A DNA stretch of 64,000 nt, taken from IMG/VR virus record IMGVR_UViG_3300028024_000105, positions 1 to 64,000 of that record; one strand, given 5' to 3'. Origin of the DNA: a virus. Made by a program: the position numbers and the translations under genes. The notes below the pieces were generated by a model, which saw only the letters and a list, made by a program, of their open reading frames with translations, made no database searches and was not told the DNA's origin. Shown piece by piece: positions 35,925 through 45,035 of this stretch (positions are counted from its first letter, which is position 1; each line of letters opens with the position of its first letter).

Positions 35925-36171
35925 GACCTGGGACGGCTTCGAGAAGATCGAGCCGCTCAGTGGAGCACCGCCCCTCACCATTCGGATCAGCAGAAGTCAT
36001 CGGGAATGCGGACGTCACCCGAAGTGGACGGTCAAGACCTACACCGAGGAGATCGCGGAGCAGAAGGCGTGCTGCTTCAACGACACGTTCGGTCGCCTGC
36101 CCGACCGGGTCTTCAAGCTGAAGAAGGTCGAGGGCCTGCTCGCCGAATACGAGGAAGAGACCAGAATATGA
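35908..36171 (+). CDS. Hypothetical protein
   Basis: Operonic packing. Confidence 0.5.
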   Translation: MYARLKTWDGFEKIEPLSGAPPLTIRISRSHRECGRHPKWTVKTYTEEIAEQKACCFNDTFGRLPDRVFKLKKVEGLLAEYEEETRI

Positions 36172-36425
36172 GACCCCTGATCGAGCTGCCGTCCACGAGC
36201 ACCATCGCCGGGCCGAAGATTTACATCAACCCCGATCACATCAGCGCGGTCGAGATCAACGAGCCCAACGTGATCATCCGGCTGTTCGGATACAGCTACG
36301 ACTACTACGACCAGAACAAAGCCAAAGCGCTGGCGGCCCTGATCGAGGCGCGAGTGATCCCCGGCAAGCCCGATGATCTGCCGGAGCCCACCGAGAAACC
36401 CATCACCCTGGAGCTGCGGAAATGA
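36168..36425 (+). CDS. Hypothetical protein
   Basis: ATGA overlap; IYINPDHI..VE. Confidence 0.55.
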   Translation: MRPLIELPSTSTIAGPKIYINPDHISAVEINEPNVIIRLFGYSYDYYDQNKAKALAALIEARVIPGKPDDLPEPTEKPITLELRK

Positions 36426-37210
36426 AGAAGCTCGACGACGATGTGGTTGGCGTCCTTTCGCGCCTGAGCTACGACGAGAACGACGGAGCGACCGTCGCCT
36501 TCATCACGGACGGCCAGCTCGACCCCAAGCTCTACAAGAAGCTCAACGAGGTCCTAGTCTCCTTCGGCGGGAAGTGGAACCGGAAGGTCAAGGGCCACAT
36601 CTTCGCCGAGAACCCGCACGACAAGATCGACGGTGTCATCCTGTCGGGCGAGTTCGTCGACTCCCACGCGTTCGACTTCTTCGAGACGCCGTTCTCCCTC
36701 GCCCAGCGCATGGTCGGAGAGGCGGGCATCGCGAACCTGAAGGACGGCGGCCGAGTCCTGGAGCCGTCGGCCGGTCGCGGCTCCATCGCCGACGCCATCA
36801 TGGCGGTCATCCCGGTCCTGAACTCGTGGACGTTCACGATGTGCGAGCTGCGAGAGGACAACCGGAAGGTGCTCGAGGAGAAGGGCTACAAGGTCGGCCC
36901 CTACGACTTCATGGGGGTATCAGGTCCCGACGACCTGGACAGAGGCGGCTACGACGCCATCGTGATGAATCCCCCGTTCTCGAAGCAGCAGGACATCGAG
37001 CACGTGCTGCACGCCTACCAGATGCTCCGGCCCGGCGGCAAGCTCGTCGCCATCATGTCGGCCGGAGTCAAGTGGCGCGAGAACAAGCGGGCGCAGGCGT
37101 TCCGCGACCGGCTCAACGAGTGCGGGTACTTCAGCGACCTGCCCCAAGGCACCTTCAAATCGAGCGGCACCATGGTCAACGCGGTCATGGTGACCATGAA
37201 CAAGGAGTAG
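36422..37210 (+). CDS. Amino (N6-adenine type) DNA methyltransferase
   Basis: FFETP, VLEPSAGRG, MNPPF, L.PGG.LVAI. Confidence 0.85.
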   Translation: MKKLDDDVVGVLSRLSYDENDGATVAFITDGQLDPKLYKKLNEVLVSFGGKWNRKVKGHIFAENPHDKIDGVILSGEFVDSHAFDFFETPFSLAQRMVGEAGIANLKDGGRVLEPSAGRGSIADAIMAVIPVLNSWTFTMCELREDNRKVLEEKGYKVGPYDFMGVSGPDDLDRGGYDAIVMNPPFSKQQDIEHVLHAYQMLRPGGKLVAIMSAGVKWRENKRAQAFRDRLNECGYFSDLPQGTFKSSGTMVNAVMVTMNKE

Positions 37211-37213
37211 ACG

Positions 37214-37498
37214 ATGTCCGCAGTGAATCATCCCTCCCACTACGGCGGCGACACCACCTACGAAGTCATCAAGGTCATCCGGGCCTGGGGCCTGATGAAC
37301 AACGCCTGCCGCTTCAACGCCATCAAGTACATGGCGCGCGCCGGAAAGAAGAACGACGACGTGCTGCAGGAGCTGGAGAAGGCGCGCTTCTACCTGGACT
37401 ACGAGATCAAGATGCTCAAGGAAGCACGCGACGCGCAGGCCAAGAAGATCGAGGTCGCGGTCGAGCAGTCGCTGCCCGCGAGCAACGACAATGCGTAG
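37214..37498 (+). CDS. DUF3310 (T7 gp1.7-like) protein
   Basis: VNHPSHY, NAIKY..RAG.K....ELEKA.FYL. Confidence 0.85.
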   Translation: MSAVNHPSHYGGDTTYEVIKVIRAWGLMNNACRFNAIKYMARAGKKNDDVLQELEKARFYLDYEIKMLKEARDAQAKKIEVAVEQSLPASNDNA

Positions 37499-37940
37499 GC
37501 CCAGCGTCTTCCCGGCCGACATCGGCTGGCGAGTCTGGAAGCCCCATGAGAAGACCCTGCGCTGCTTCCAACTGGAGCACGCACTCTGGTCCCATCGCAA
37601 CTTCCCGGGCAGCCGGAAGAATCCGATGCACGGCTTCATGGGGATGGTCGAGGAGCTGGGCGAACTCTCGCACGCCCTACTTAAGAGCGCGCAGGGAATC
37701 CGAGGCAGCAAGGCCGAGCACGAAGCGGCAGCCAAGGACGCGGTCGGCGACATCCTGATCTACATGATGGACTTCTGCACCAAGAAGGGCTGGAGTCTGC
37801 AGGACATCCTCACGGAGACCTGGGCCGAGGTCGGCCAGCGCGACTGGACCAAGCACAAGAAGACCGGCAAAAAGGTCGGCAGGAAAACACCAGCCAAGCG
37901 CGCAAAGCGCCAGTACCCACGGACAAGCATCTGTAGGTGA
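37491..37940 (+). CDS. MazG-like nucleotide pyrophosphohydrolase
   Basis: EELGEL...DAVGD. Confidence 0.8.
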   Translation: MRRPSVFPADIGWRVWKPHEKTLRCFQLEHALWSHRNFPGSRKNPMHGFMGMVEELGELSHALLKSAQGIRGSKAEHEAAAKDAVGDILIYMMDFCTKKGWSLQDILTETWAEVGQRDWTKHKKTGKKVGRKTPAKRAKRQYPRTSICR

Positions 37941-38091
37941 TCGGCAATCCAACATACCTGCGCCCCAGCGTCCTACTGGGCATGCACTTCTGAGTGGACG
38001 AACTCCGGCAGGCGGCGCCTGTCGTGGTTGCGATGATCGCGGCGGCCCGCGTGTGCTACTGCTGGCTCCGCGACAAGATCAAGGGGAAGCC

Positions 38092-38307
38092 GTGACCGAT
38101 CTGTGCTGGCGCGATGACCTGCAGCTCCTAGAGCTGGCTGCGAAGGCGGTCTGCCTTCCCTGCAGGCAGTTGATGCCACTCAAGAATCAGAACGTCCACG
38201 AGGTCGCGCCCAACGGCATCAGCGTCTTTTGCTCGGCCGCACCGATCAACGAGCTGATGGAGATCCGTATGATCACGGGAGTTCCCGGGGCCTGGTGGTC
38301 GTGCTGA
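38092..38307 (+). CDS. Hypothetical protein
   Basis: GGGG SD plus GTG; Cys/His pattern. Confidence 0.45.
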   Translation: MTDLCWRDDLQLLELAAKAVCLPCRQLMPLKNQNVHEVAPNGISVFCSAAPINELMEIRMITGVPGAWWSC

Positions 38308-38609
38308 ACAGAATTCGCGCCAGCCAATCCATCCGACAGCCTGCCCTGATCGTGCTGGAGGCTCTGTTGATGGGCATGCCCATCAAGATCGGCAAGGACG
38401 AGTACCATCTCAACGACGGCGTCTTCGGAGTCCGTCGAACCCGCCACACCATCGGCAGGCCCGAGCTGGACGAGGAAGTCTTGCTCCGCGTCGATGTCAC
38501 CATCCCCGGATTCATCCACATGTGTGAGAAGCTCTCGCCGCAGGAGCTGCTCGAGATCGCCGCGAACATCGGCCTGAATCGGGTGAAATCGAATAGGCGC
38601 CGAATCTAG
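38301..38609 (+). CDS. Hypothetical protein
   Basis: Coding-like codon usage. Confidence 0.5.
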   Translation: MLNRIRASQSIRQPALIVLEALLMGMPIKIGKDEYHLNDGVFGVRRTRHTIGRPELDEEVLLRVDVTIPGFIHMCEKLSPQELLEIAANIGLNRVKSNRRRI

Positions 38610-38674
38610 GAAACGGATAGGCGGCAGGGACGTCTTATCTGCACAGCAGATACGATCAGAAAGGAAGGCCGCAG

Positions 38675-38851
38675 ATGAATCCGAATCAGAGCGAGAACCT
38701 GAAGCAGCAGCACGAGCGGAACGAGGCCGAGATCGCGCGTGGCGAAGCGGAGTATCGGCGTTCCATCGAGGCCCAGTACGAAGGCGGCGACGGCTTCGCC
38801 CCGGCGCATGATCCTGAGTGTTGCGACTGCGAAGAGTGCCGTTTTTCGTAA
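38675..38851 (+). CDS. 58-aa protein with C-terminal HxxxCCxCxxC (below ORF-track cutoff)
   Basis: AGAAAGGA SD; class-A promoter at 38609. Confidence 0.6.
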   Translation: MNPNQSENLKQQHERNEAEIARGEAEYRRSIEAQYEGGDGFAPAHDPECCDCEECRFS

Positions 38852-38869
38852 GACGGCAAGAACCATGAC

Positions 38870-39080
38870 TCCACTGAGTGGGGAGCCTCTGGTGCTGGGA
38901 TCGCATCCCACCTAGGCCACGGCCGGACTCTGGGTAGCCAATCCTGGGTCCAGATCGCGAGTGGACTGGGCGACAGAGAATAAGCGCCCCCGGGATTGCA
39001 CGAGTTCTAGACTCCCGTGCAAGAGCAAGGGTGACGAAACCCCGCCTGATGGCGGGCGAAAAGGCTCCCCACTCAGTGGA
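38870..39080 (+). ncRNA. Structured element bounded by a perfect 19-bp inverted repeat
   Basis: TCCACTGAGTGGGGAGCCT (38870-88) / AGGCTCCCCACTCAGTGGA (39062-80), with nested stems. Confidence 0.65.
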
Positions 39081-39111
39081 TTCGACAAGGTAAAGAGAAG
39101 GAATACGATCT

Positions 39112-39288
39112 ATGCCGAAACGCGATGGATTGGTCGATGCCGCCAAAGCTGCGATTGACGAGGTCTTCGGCGACACCAGCGTCAGCAAGGAGCAGACCCT
39201 GGATCGGATGAACGAACTCAGCAACCACATCGAGTCGTCGATTAGCTGCCTGGAGGAAGACATCAAGCGCGAGGCCCGGGACGAGTAG
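39112..39288 (+). CDS. 58-aa helical protein (below ORF-track cutoff)
   Basis: AAGGA SD; MPKRDGLVDAAKAAIDEVFGDTSVS... Confidence 0.6.
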   Translation: MPKRDGLVDAAKAAIDEVFGDTSVSKEQTLDRMNELSNHIESSISCLEEDIKREARDE

Positions 39289-39307
39289 ACGTGCGAAGGA
39301 GGAGTCG

Positions 39308-39604
39308 ATGAAGAAGCCCATTATCCGGACCGTCCAAGGCATGCGGATCATCACGTGGCCGCAGACCGACGGCGGCACGCACATCGAGGTCTGCCCGTTC
39401 AAGGACGAGGACCTGCATTCGGTCACGATCTACCAGCACGCGAGCGTCACGCTGTGGGGCCGCAAGAAGGTCGACAAGGCCGAGGTCAACTGGGGCACCT
39501 GGGGCCCGGAAACGCCCCGGCGCGCTCGGCAGTTCGCGCGGGCCGTGCGGCTGGCCAGCACCATGGCAGACGAGATCAACGCCAAGATGGTGGTGACGAC
39601 GTGA
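39308..39604 (+). CDS. Hypothetical protein
   Basis: AGGAGGAG SD. Confidence 0.6.
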   Translation: MKKPIIRTVQGMRIITWPQTDGGTHIEVCPFKDEDLHSVTIYQHASVTLWGRKKVDKAEVNWGTWGPETPRRARQFARAVRLASTMADEINAKMVVTT

Positions 39605-39810
39605 ACCGCGAGCCGGTCCAGTCGTCGAACGTCGTCTCCGTGGGCTACGACGCCCTGGGCGAGATCCTCGAGATCGAGTTCAAAGGCGGCGCCGTCTACC
39701 AGTACAAGCAGGTTCCGCTGCACATGTACGAGCAGCTCAAGGCGTCCGAGTCGGTCGGCTCGTTCATCGCCGGGCAGATCAAGCCGAACTACAACTGCGT
39801 GCGGATGTGA
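39601..39810 (+). CDS. KTSC domain protein
   Basis: VQSSNV.SVGYD....LEIEF..G.VYQY..VP...Y..L..SESVG.F...IK. Confidence 0.9.
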   Translation: MNREPVQSSNVVSVGYDALGEILEIEFKGGAVYQYKQVPLHMYEQLKASESVGSFIAGQIKPNYNCVRM

Positions 39811-40043
39811 GGAAGCGCCACATCACCGTCACTGTCAGCGGCCCGCCGAGATCGGGCAAGAGCACGGTGGCGGTCACCATCGCGGCCTACCTCAACGCCG
39901 TGCCCGGCTGTCGCGTGAAGTTGGAGGACTCCGACTCGACCGCCGCGCTGGCCACGAAGTACGAGCACGCCCGGCAGATCCTGCGCAACAGCAGCGTGAC
40001 GATCAAGACCAAGAACTGGGAGCCCATGCCGGGAGAACGATGA
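39807..40043 (+). CDS. Small P-loop-containing protein
   Basis: VSGPPRSGKST. Confidence 0.55.
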   Translation: MRKRHITVTVSGPPRSGKSTVAVTIAAYLNAVPGCRVKLEDSDSTAALATKYEHARQILRNSSVTIKTKNWEPMPGER

Positions 40044-40396
40044 AGACCTGCGTCGAGATGCTCTGCGAGAACTACGGCACCTACATGCCGTACACGCACG
40101 AGCACGAGCTGCGCCTGGACCGGCCCAAGCGGATGGAATTCACGGGCCTGTTCGACAGCCAAGGCGCGCCGCTCTATGAGGGCGACATCCTGCTGGAGTA
40201 CATCAACGATTACTTCGGGAACGCTCCGGCCGTGGTACACTGGGCCCCGGACAAGGGAGCCTGGATCAGCTTCGGCGCCTACGACGGGGGCGGCGCCCAT
40301 TCCAGCCTGAATGGAGAGCACTTCAGGCGGCACGAGAAGATCGGGAGCATCGAGACCACCCCGCACTGGTACTTCCCGGCCAAGAAGCGCGCCTAG
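40040..40396 (+). CDS. YopX-like protein
   Basis: MEFTGLFD..G..LYEGDIL...IG.I. Confidence 0.75.
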   Translation: MKTCVEMLCENYGTYMPYTHEHELRLDRPKRMEFTGLFDSQGAPLYEGDILLEYINDYFGNAPAVVHWAPDKGAWISFGAYDGGGAHSSLNGEHFRRHEKIGSIETTPHWYFPAKKRA

Positions 40397-40463
40397 GCAT
40401 CGGATTCCTGTAACGGGAGAGCAGATAGGCCGTCTCATGAGTATGAACGGAAAGGGATTGACG

Positions 40464-40601
40464 ATGAAGACGACCTTCAAGACCCTGCGGCAGTGGATCG
40501 AGTCGAAGTACGGCCGGGGCGTGGTGACCGACATCCGGAAGCTGCCGCGCCAGACCCAGCGCTACCTTCGCTCGCAGTGGCAGGAAGAGGGCAACGCATG
40601 A
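40464..40601 (+). CDS. Small hypothetical protein
   Basis: Class-A promoter and GAAAGG SD. Confidence 0.5.
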   Translation: MKTTFKTLRQWIESKYGRGVVTDIRKLPRQTQRYLRSQWQEEGNA

Positions 40602-40945
40602 GCCACACCCCCGGCCCCTGGAAGGTCATCAACACGAACGGCTGCAAGGGCATCGGCTACAAGCCGGGCCGGAACCCCAATCCACAGACGCAGTACCGGG
40701 AACTCTTCACCACGGTGGGGCTCTGCGCGACCGACGAGGCAGAGGCCGAAGACCTGGCCAACGCCCGCCTCTGCGCCGCCGCCCCCGAGCTGCTGCAGTA
40801 CCTCAAGGGCATGATCGAGCGCTTCGAGGAGAAGGCCGGGGAACGCCCGCACAAGTTCTGCGGCTGCACCTACTGCTTCGCCATCGCGGCGGTCGTCAAG
40901 GCCGAGAAAGGCACCCCCATGCCGAAGGTCGAGCGGCCCACATGA
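40598..40945 (+). CDS. Phage protein (HTPGPW...ANARL.AAAPELL family)
   Basis: Widespread phage motif pair. Confidence 0.7.
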   Translation: MSHTPGPWKVINTNGCKGIGYKPGRNPNPQTQYRELFTTVGLCATDEAEAEDLANARLCAAAPELLQYLKGMIERFEEKAGERPHKFCGCTYCFAIAAVVKAEKGTPMPKVERPT

Positions 40946-41289
40946 AGCGCACCGAGACGGACAAGGGACTCTGCAGCCATTACCGGTTCACCGTCGGCGC
41001 CTACAAGAAGTGGTGCACCCGCAAGTCCGTCGTGACCGAGGACGGCCGGGAATGGTGCCGCCAACACGCCCCCAGCAGCTACAAGAAGCGCCGGGACGCC
41101 AGCAGTGCGGAGATCAAGCGGAGGATCATCGGGTACGGACGGGTCGACGAGATCCACCGCGCGCAGGACGCTGTCGTCGAGGCCGCCAAGGCATGGAGGA
41201 AGGCGGGAGAGGAGACCCTAGCCGACGCCGTGGCCAACCTAGTGGAGGCTGTCGAGGTCCTGGAGAAGCTCGAGGACCCGAAGCCGTGA
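40942..41289 (+). CDS. Hypothetical protein, C..C..CxxH finger
   Basis: ATGA overlap. Confidence 0.55.
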   Translation: MKRTETDKGLCSHYRFTVGAYKKWCTRKSVVTEDGREWCRQHAPSSYKKRRDASSAEIKRRIIGYGRVDEIHRAQDAVVEAAKAWRKAGEETLADAVANLVEAVEVLEKLEDPKP

Positions 41290-41654
41290 ACCGCCGCCGC
41301 TTCCTGACCCTCGCCGCCGGGGCAGCAGCTCTCCCGCTAGTGCCCCTGCCCGCCATCCTACCCACCCCCAACATCTGGATCTGGTCTGGCCTGCAGATCC
41401 TCGCACAGCGGGAACGCGCGATGCGGGAGAACAGAGTGATCATCACGGCCAACCAGCAGCCGAGAGGATAACCCCTGCCAGCCGGTAAACCCGCAATCCC
41501 GAAAACGCCGTTAGACGCATTGCAGATAGCGGGTATGACCCGGAAGTCATCCCACTAGAATGCGCGCGTCCTAGACCCCTTTGCGGCCTTCCTGGTGCAG
41601 ATTACGGGGCGGGGTGCTGGTCGTGCCAAGCCGTTCCGCCCTGTCCAAGAGTGC

Positions 41655-42377
41655 ATGGAAGACGAGAAGGCCGACCAGACGCCCACCGATCCACGGAAGC
41701 CCGTCAAGGCGAAAGACCTTGATTTCGAGGCGCTTGCAGACGAATTGACCCGCACGCCGGAGAAGGTGACCAAGCGCAAGCCCCTAGCGCAGCCCCTTGA
41801 AGGTCAGACAGTTGCAAAGGCCGACACTGGAGAAAAGAAGGGGGAAAAGGAGAGCTTGCCCACAGAGGGGACGCCGGGACGCGGGCAGGCGCCACCTAGG
41901 GCGCCCGGCGCGGACGTTCCCGCCCCCGCCGACCCCCCGCGAGCCCCGATCTTTCACAGCCTGGAGCCGATCCCCGACCATCCCGGGCAGATGCTCGCTG
42001 CCTCCGACCGGCTCACCGAGAAGATCGTCTTCCGGCTCAAGCAGCGCATGATGCAGCTCCTCGACCGCCTGGACGAGCTGTCCCCCTACGACCAGATCAA
42101 GCTGGCCCCCGAGATCCTCGAGATGCTGGCGCAGGCGCAGGACATGGCCCTCACGGCCCACTGGACCAAGAAGCTCGAGAAGGCCATCGCCGAGAAGGCT
42201 GCCCTGCTGAACCAAGGCAGGGGCGGCCCCATGCTCAAGAAGCTGGGCGCCGTAGCAGCGCAGGTGCAGAAGGCCCAGCACGTGGATGGGCGTACGGTGC
42301 AGGGGCGCAACAAAGCCCGTGCCCTGGGGCGCCTGGCCCCCGACGACCTACCCGCAGCAGAGGCGTCAGAGGGGTAG
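41655..42377 (+). CDS. Hypothetical protein; possible terminase small subunit
   Basis: ATG 5 nt after GTCCAAG; disordered N-terminus then helical domain; next to a long non-coding region. TerS is a guess. Confidence 0.5.
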   Translation: MEDEKADQTPTDPRKPVKAKDLDFEALADELTRTPEKVTKRKPLAQPLEGQTVAKADTGEKKGEKESLPTEGTPGRGQAPPRAPGADVPAPADPPRAPIFHSLEPIPDHPGQMLAASDRLTEKIVFRLKQRMMQLLDRLDELSPYDQIKLAPEILEMLAQAQDMALTAHWTKKLEKAIAEKAALLNQGRGGPMLKKLGAVAAQVQKAQHVDGRTVQGRNKARALGRLAPDDLPAAEASEG

Positions 42378-42636
42378 GCCCAACTGTCCCTATTCCCCTA
42401 GAATGCGGGACAGTTCAGCTATCTGCAGAGCTGAAAAGCGCAGGGAAGCAGGACAGTTCACTACCTGCATTGTGCGACGTCCTACCTGCTTCGTCGTATA
42501 GCAGGACATGAAGCAGGCCACGTGCCCACGATGCGGCAGCACACACACCACGGAGCAGCAGGGCGGGATCATGCACTGCCTCGATTGCGGGGCGCATTGG
42601 ATTCCGTCCTGGTCACTGTCCTGGTGACCGGCGCCG

Positions 42637-42672
42637 TGGCACGGGAATTGCCCTAAAGCAAACGGCGTGCCA
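42637..42672. promoter_or_regulatory. Two convergent sigma-54 (-24/-12) consensus sites
   Basis: TGGCAC-GGGAA-TTGC (+, 42637-51) and TGGCAC-GCCGT-TTGC (-, 42672-58). Confidence 0.7.
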
Positions 42673-42874
42673 ATCGAATCTCGAATCGCGCGAGGGGACG
42701 TGGGGGTGGCTCCGAAACAGCGCGCGGACCCCGGCCGCCACTAGGTGGCGCCCCCAAAAATCGGCCACAACATTCGAGGGGCCCTCTCCGCCCCCCGCCT
42801 GCCCGCTATCTGCATTTCTGACTGTCTATCTGCATTACCGGTAACGAATGGCTCTATGCCCCCGTCTTACAGGC

Positions 42875-43078
42875 ATGATGAACACCAAGCCGCCGGTCGG
42901 ATCGCCCGAGTGGGACCAGCAGTACACCTTGGGCTGGTCCGCCGGGCTCGATATCCTGCGCCTGGACCGCCGCGCCGCCTTCAACTGGGAGTTCGAGGTC
43001 TACCGCGCCAACCGGGACCCGTCGGCCTTCGACATGGGCAAAGCTGACGTGATCTCGGAACATCGGGTTGGATTCTAG
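42875..43078 (+). CDS. Hypothetical protein (leaderless)
   Basis: ATG just after the class-A promoter at 42840-42870. Confidence 0.55.
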   Translation: MMNTKPPVGSPEWDQQYTLGWSAGLDILRLDRRAAFNWEFEVYRANRDPSAFDMGKADVISEHRVGF

Positions 43079-43096
43079 GACAGAAAGGACACGACG

Positions 43097-43519
43097 ATGA
43101 CGACCGAACAGGAAGTGACCGACATGATCGCGCGGCAGGTGATCGGCCTGCTGGACTCCACGATGGCGAACCTGCAGACCGCCCGGGAGAGGATCGCGGG
43201 CCTGGGCCCAGTGCTCGCGGTGCATGCACCCGGTGGAGGTCCCGGCCGCCCGTGCTTCTGCAACACCTTCGTCCGGCCGGAGCGCCAAGTCACCAAGCTG
43301 GCGGGCATCGTCGCCGCCAATTACGCGCGCACGGCCGTGCCCCTGGAAGGCACCCTGGAAAGCCTGCACCTGCAGCACCCGGTATATGTTCGCGAGGCCA
43401 TCCGCAAGGCGTTCTTCGACGGCGTCCGGGCCGCTTCGGATCTGAGCGCCGCGCGCCAGAAGTGGCCGGACGATCCGCGCCATGGCAAGGGCGGCTATCA
43501 CGACAACCGGAGGAAATGA
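43097..43519 (+). CDS. Hypothetical protein
   Basis: CAGAAAGGA SD. Confidence 0.6.
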   Translation: MTTEQEVTDMIARQVIGLLDSTMANLQTARERIAGLGPVLAVHAPGGGPGRPCFCNTFVRPERQVTKLAGIVAANYARTAVPLEGTLESLHLQHPVYVREAIRKAFFDGVRAASDLSAARQKWPDDPRHGKGGYHDNRRK

Positions 43520-43567
43520 TGTTCGAGAGATCGCGGGTCACGTCACGTACGAAGATGGGAGGATGAA

Positions 43568-43822
43568 GTGAGCGCAGGCTGCATTCCGAACAAGGCCGAC
43601 CGCAAGGCGGTGATCTCGCGGGCCGTCGAGCACCTGGAGAAGGCTCTGAAGATCCTCCGCAAGTGTACGGAACCCGACAAGGCCAAGCGCGACGTCGAGG
43701 AAGCGTCCGGGCATGTCTCGCGCGCCCTGGGCGACTTCTACGACGACGGCACGGTCCATGACGACCCGGAGGCGCCCAAGCAGCCGGGCCTGCGCCGTCT
43801 CACCGAGCACTACTTCAGCTAG
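43568..43822 (+). CDS. Hypothetical protein
   Basis: GGAGG SD. Confidence 0.55.
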   Translation: MSAGCIPNKADRKAVISRAVEHLEKALKILRKCTEPDKAKRDVEEASGHVSRALGDFYDDGTVHDDPEAPKQPGLRRLTEHYFS

Positions 43823-44055
43823 ACGAGCGCGTAGTGCCCGCCCCCGAGCGCCCGCACGTGCGCGCGAGCGACGAGGAAGACCTTGGGGTTCCGGGGCTTC
43901 TCCGGCGTGTACTCGGTCTGGCACGGCACGCGGATCTCGACCGAGCGGGCCGGGATGCACGCCTGGGCGGTGTGGATGGTCCACGGCATGCCCGCCGCAC
44001 CCTTGGAGATTTCCCGCTTGTTCACATGAAGCCTGATCTTGCGTCTACGTTCCAT
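43819..44055 (-). CDS. Small beta-rich phage protein (leaderless)
   Basis: ATG 5 nt after CGTCCTAC on minus strand; resembles 46528..46761. Confidence 0.6.
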   Translation of the reverse strand: MERRRKIRLHVNKREISKGAAGMPWTIHTAQACIPARSVEIRVPCQTEYTPEKPRNPKVFLVARAHVRALGGGHYALV

Positions 44056-44142
44056 GTCCCGTAGGACGCTCGAGAAAATCGCAATTCTGTAACAATCATG
44101 CAGGTAGAGCGTCTTACCTACATGAACAGAATGGAGACCAAG

Positions 44143-44340
44143 ATGACGGAGGCCCAAGCCCTCAAGGAAGCCCAGCGGCAGGTCCACGGAGTGCTTGCGA
44201 TCAAGAAGTATTTCCGCCTGCGCTACGACGGCCGGAGCGCCGACCGCCTGAACCCCACGCACCACGTCCGGGTGTTGTCCACCCGCAGCGGGTTCCGACC
44301 CTTCACCCTGTTCATCACGGACACGAAGGTGGCCCGGTGA
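44143..44340 (+). CDS. Small hypothetical protein
   Basis: Class-A promoter; in-frame leaderless ATG also at 44122. Confidence 0.5.
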   Translation: MTEAQALKEAQRQVHGVLAIKKYFRLRYDGRSADRLNPTHHVRVLSTRSGFRPFTLFITDTKVAR

Positions 44341-44519
44341 TGGCCCGCGAGGACCGCCGGAAGCTGGCGTTCGCCATCCTGTACACGCTGGTTCCCGTCA
44401 TGCGCCGAGACCCGGCCAACTGGGTGAACGCGGCCTACCGCGCACTGCACGAGATCAACTACACGATGGCCGAGACGGAGATCATGGTCCGCGAGTGGAA
44501 GAAGTCCTGGAGGTAGCCA

Positions 44520-44714
44520 ATGACCGACGCCGCCTACACGCGCACTGCCATCGAGGCGATGGCCAACAGCCTGGGCGTGACGCTGACTCCTCCGCAGCAC
44601 CGCTCGGCCGCCAAGAAGCTGGGCATCTGGCTGCGGATGCGGCAGGAGCACACGACGGCCGACGTGTTGATCAAGTCCGAGGAGCTGGTCCGTGATCTGC
44701 AGGTGAAGTTGTGA
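44520..44714 (+). CDS. Small hypothetical protein
   Basis: GGAGG SD. Confidence 0.5.
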   Translation: MTDAAYTRTAIEAMANSLGVTLTPPQHRSAAKKLGIWLRMRQEHTTADVLIKSEELVRDLQVKL

Positions 44715-45035
44715 GCGATTGCAAGCACGAGTACGAGCGCTCGGTCTCGCTGGCGTGGGCCGGTGGGATGATCTGCGTCGTCTACCGATGCATCCACCGC
44801 TGCGGCTGGTGGATTTACGCGCGCTAGAGCGCGGATCGGCGATGCTTCGGCACGTACTCCCAGCCACGAAAGAAGCCGTGGGTGCAGGGTCCACCGAACA
44901 TGGCCTGGAAAATCTCGCACATCACCGCCTGGGCGACGCGCTTGCGGGCCTCGTCGGTGATCAGCTCGTCGGCCAGCCCGCCCTCGAGAATCGGCACGCC
45001 GTGCAGCTTGGTGAGGCCGTGTCGCCTAGGTAGCT

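Noticed and set aside
36422-37210. Restriction-modification system
   Set aside because: No adjacent endonuclease or specificity subunit; orphan MTase
38870-39080. RNase P RNA (ACAGAGA..CGCC and GAGCAAG resemble its conserved segments)
   Set aside because: No GAGGAAAGTCC / AGAACCCGGCTTA P4 pseudoknot strands, and too short
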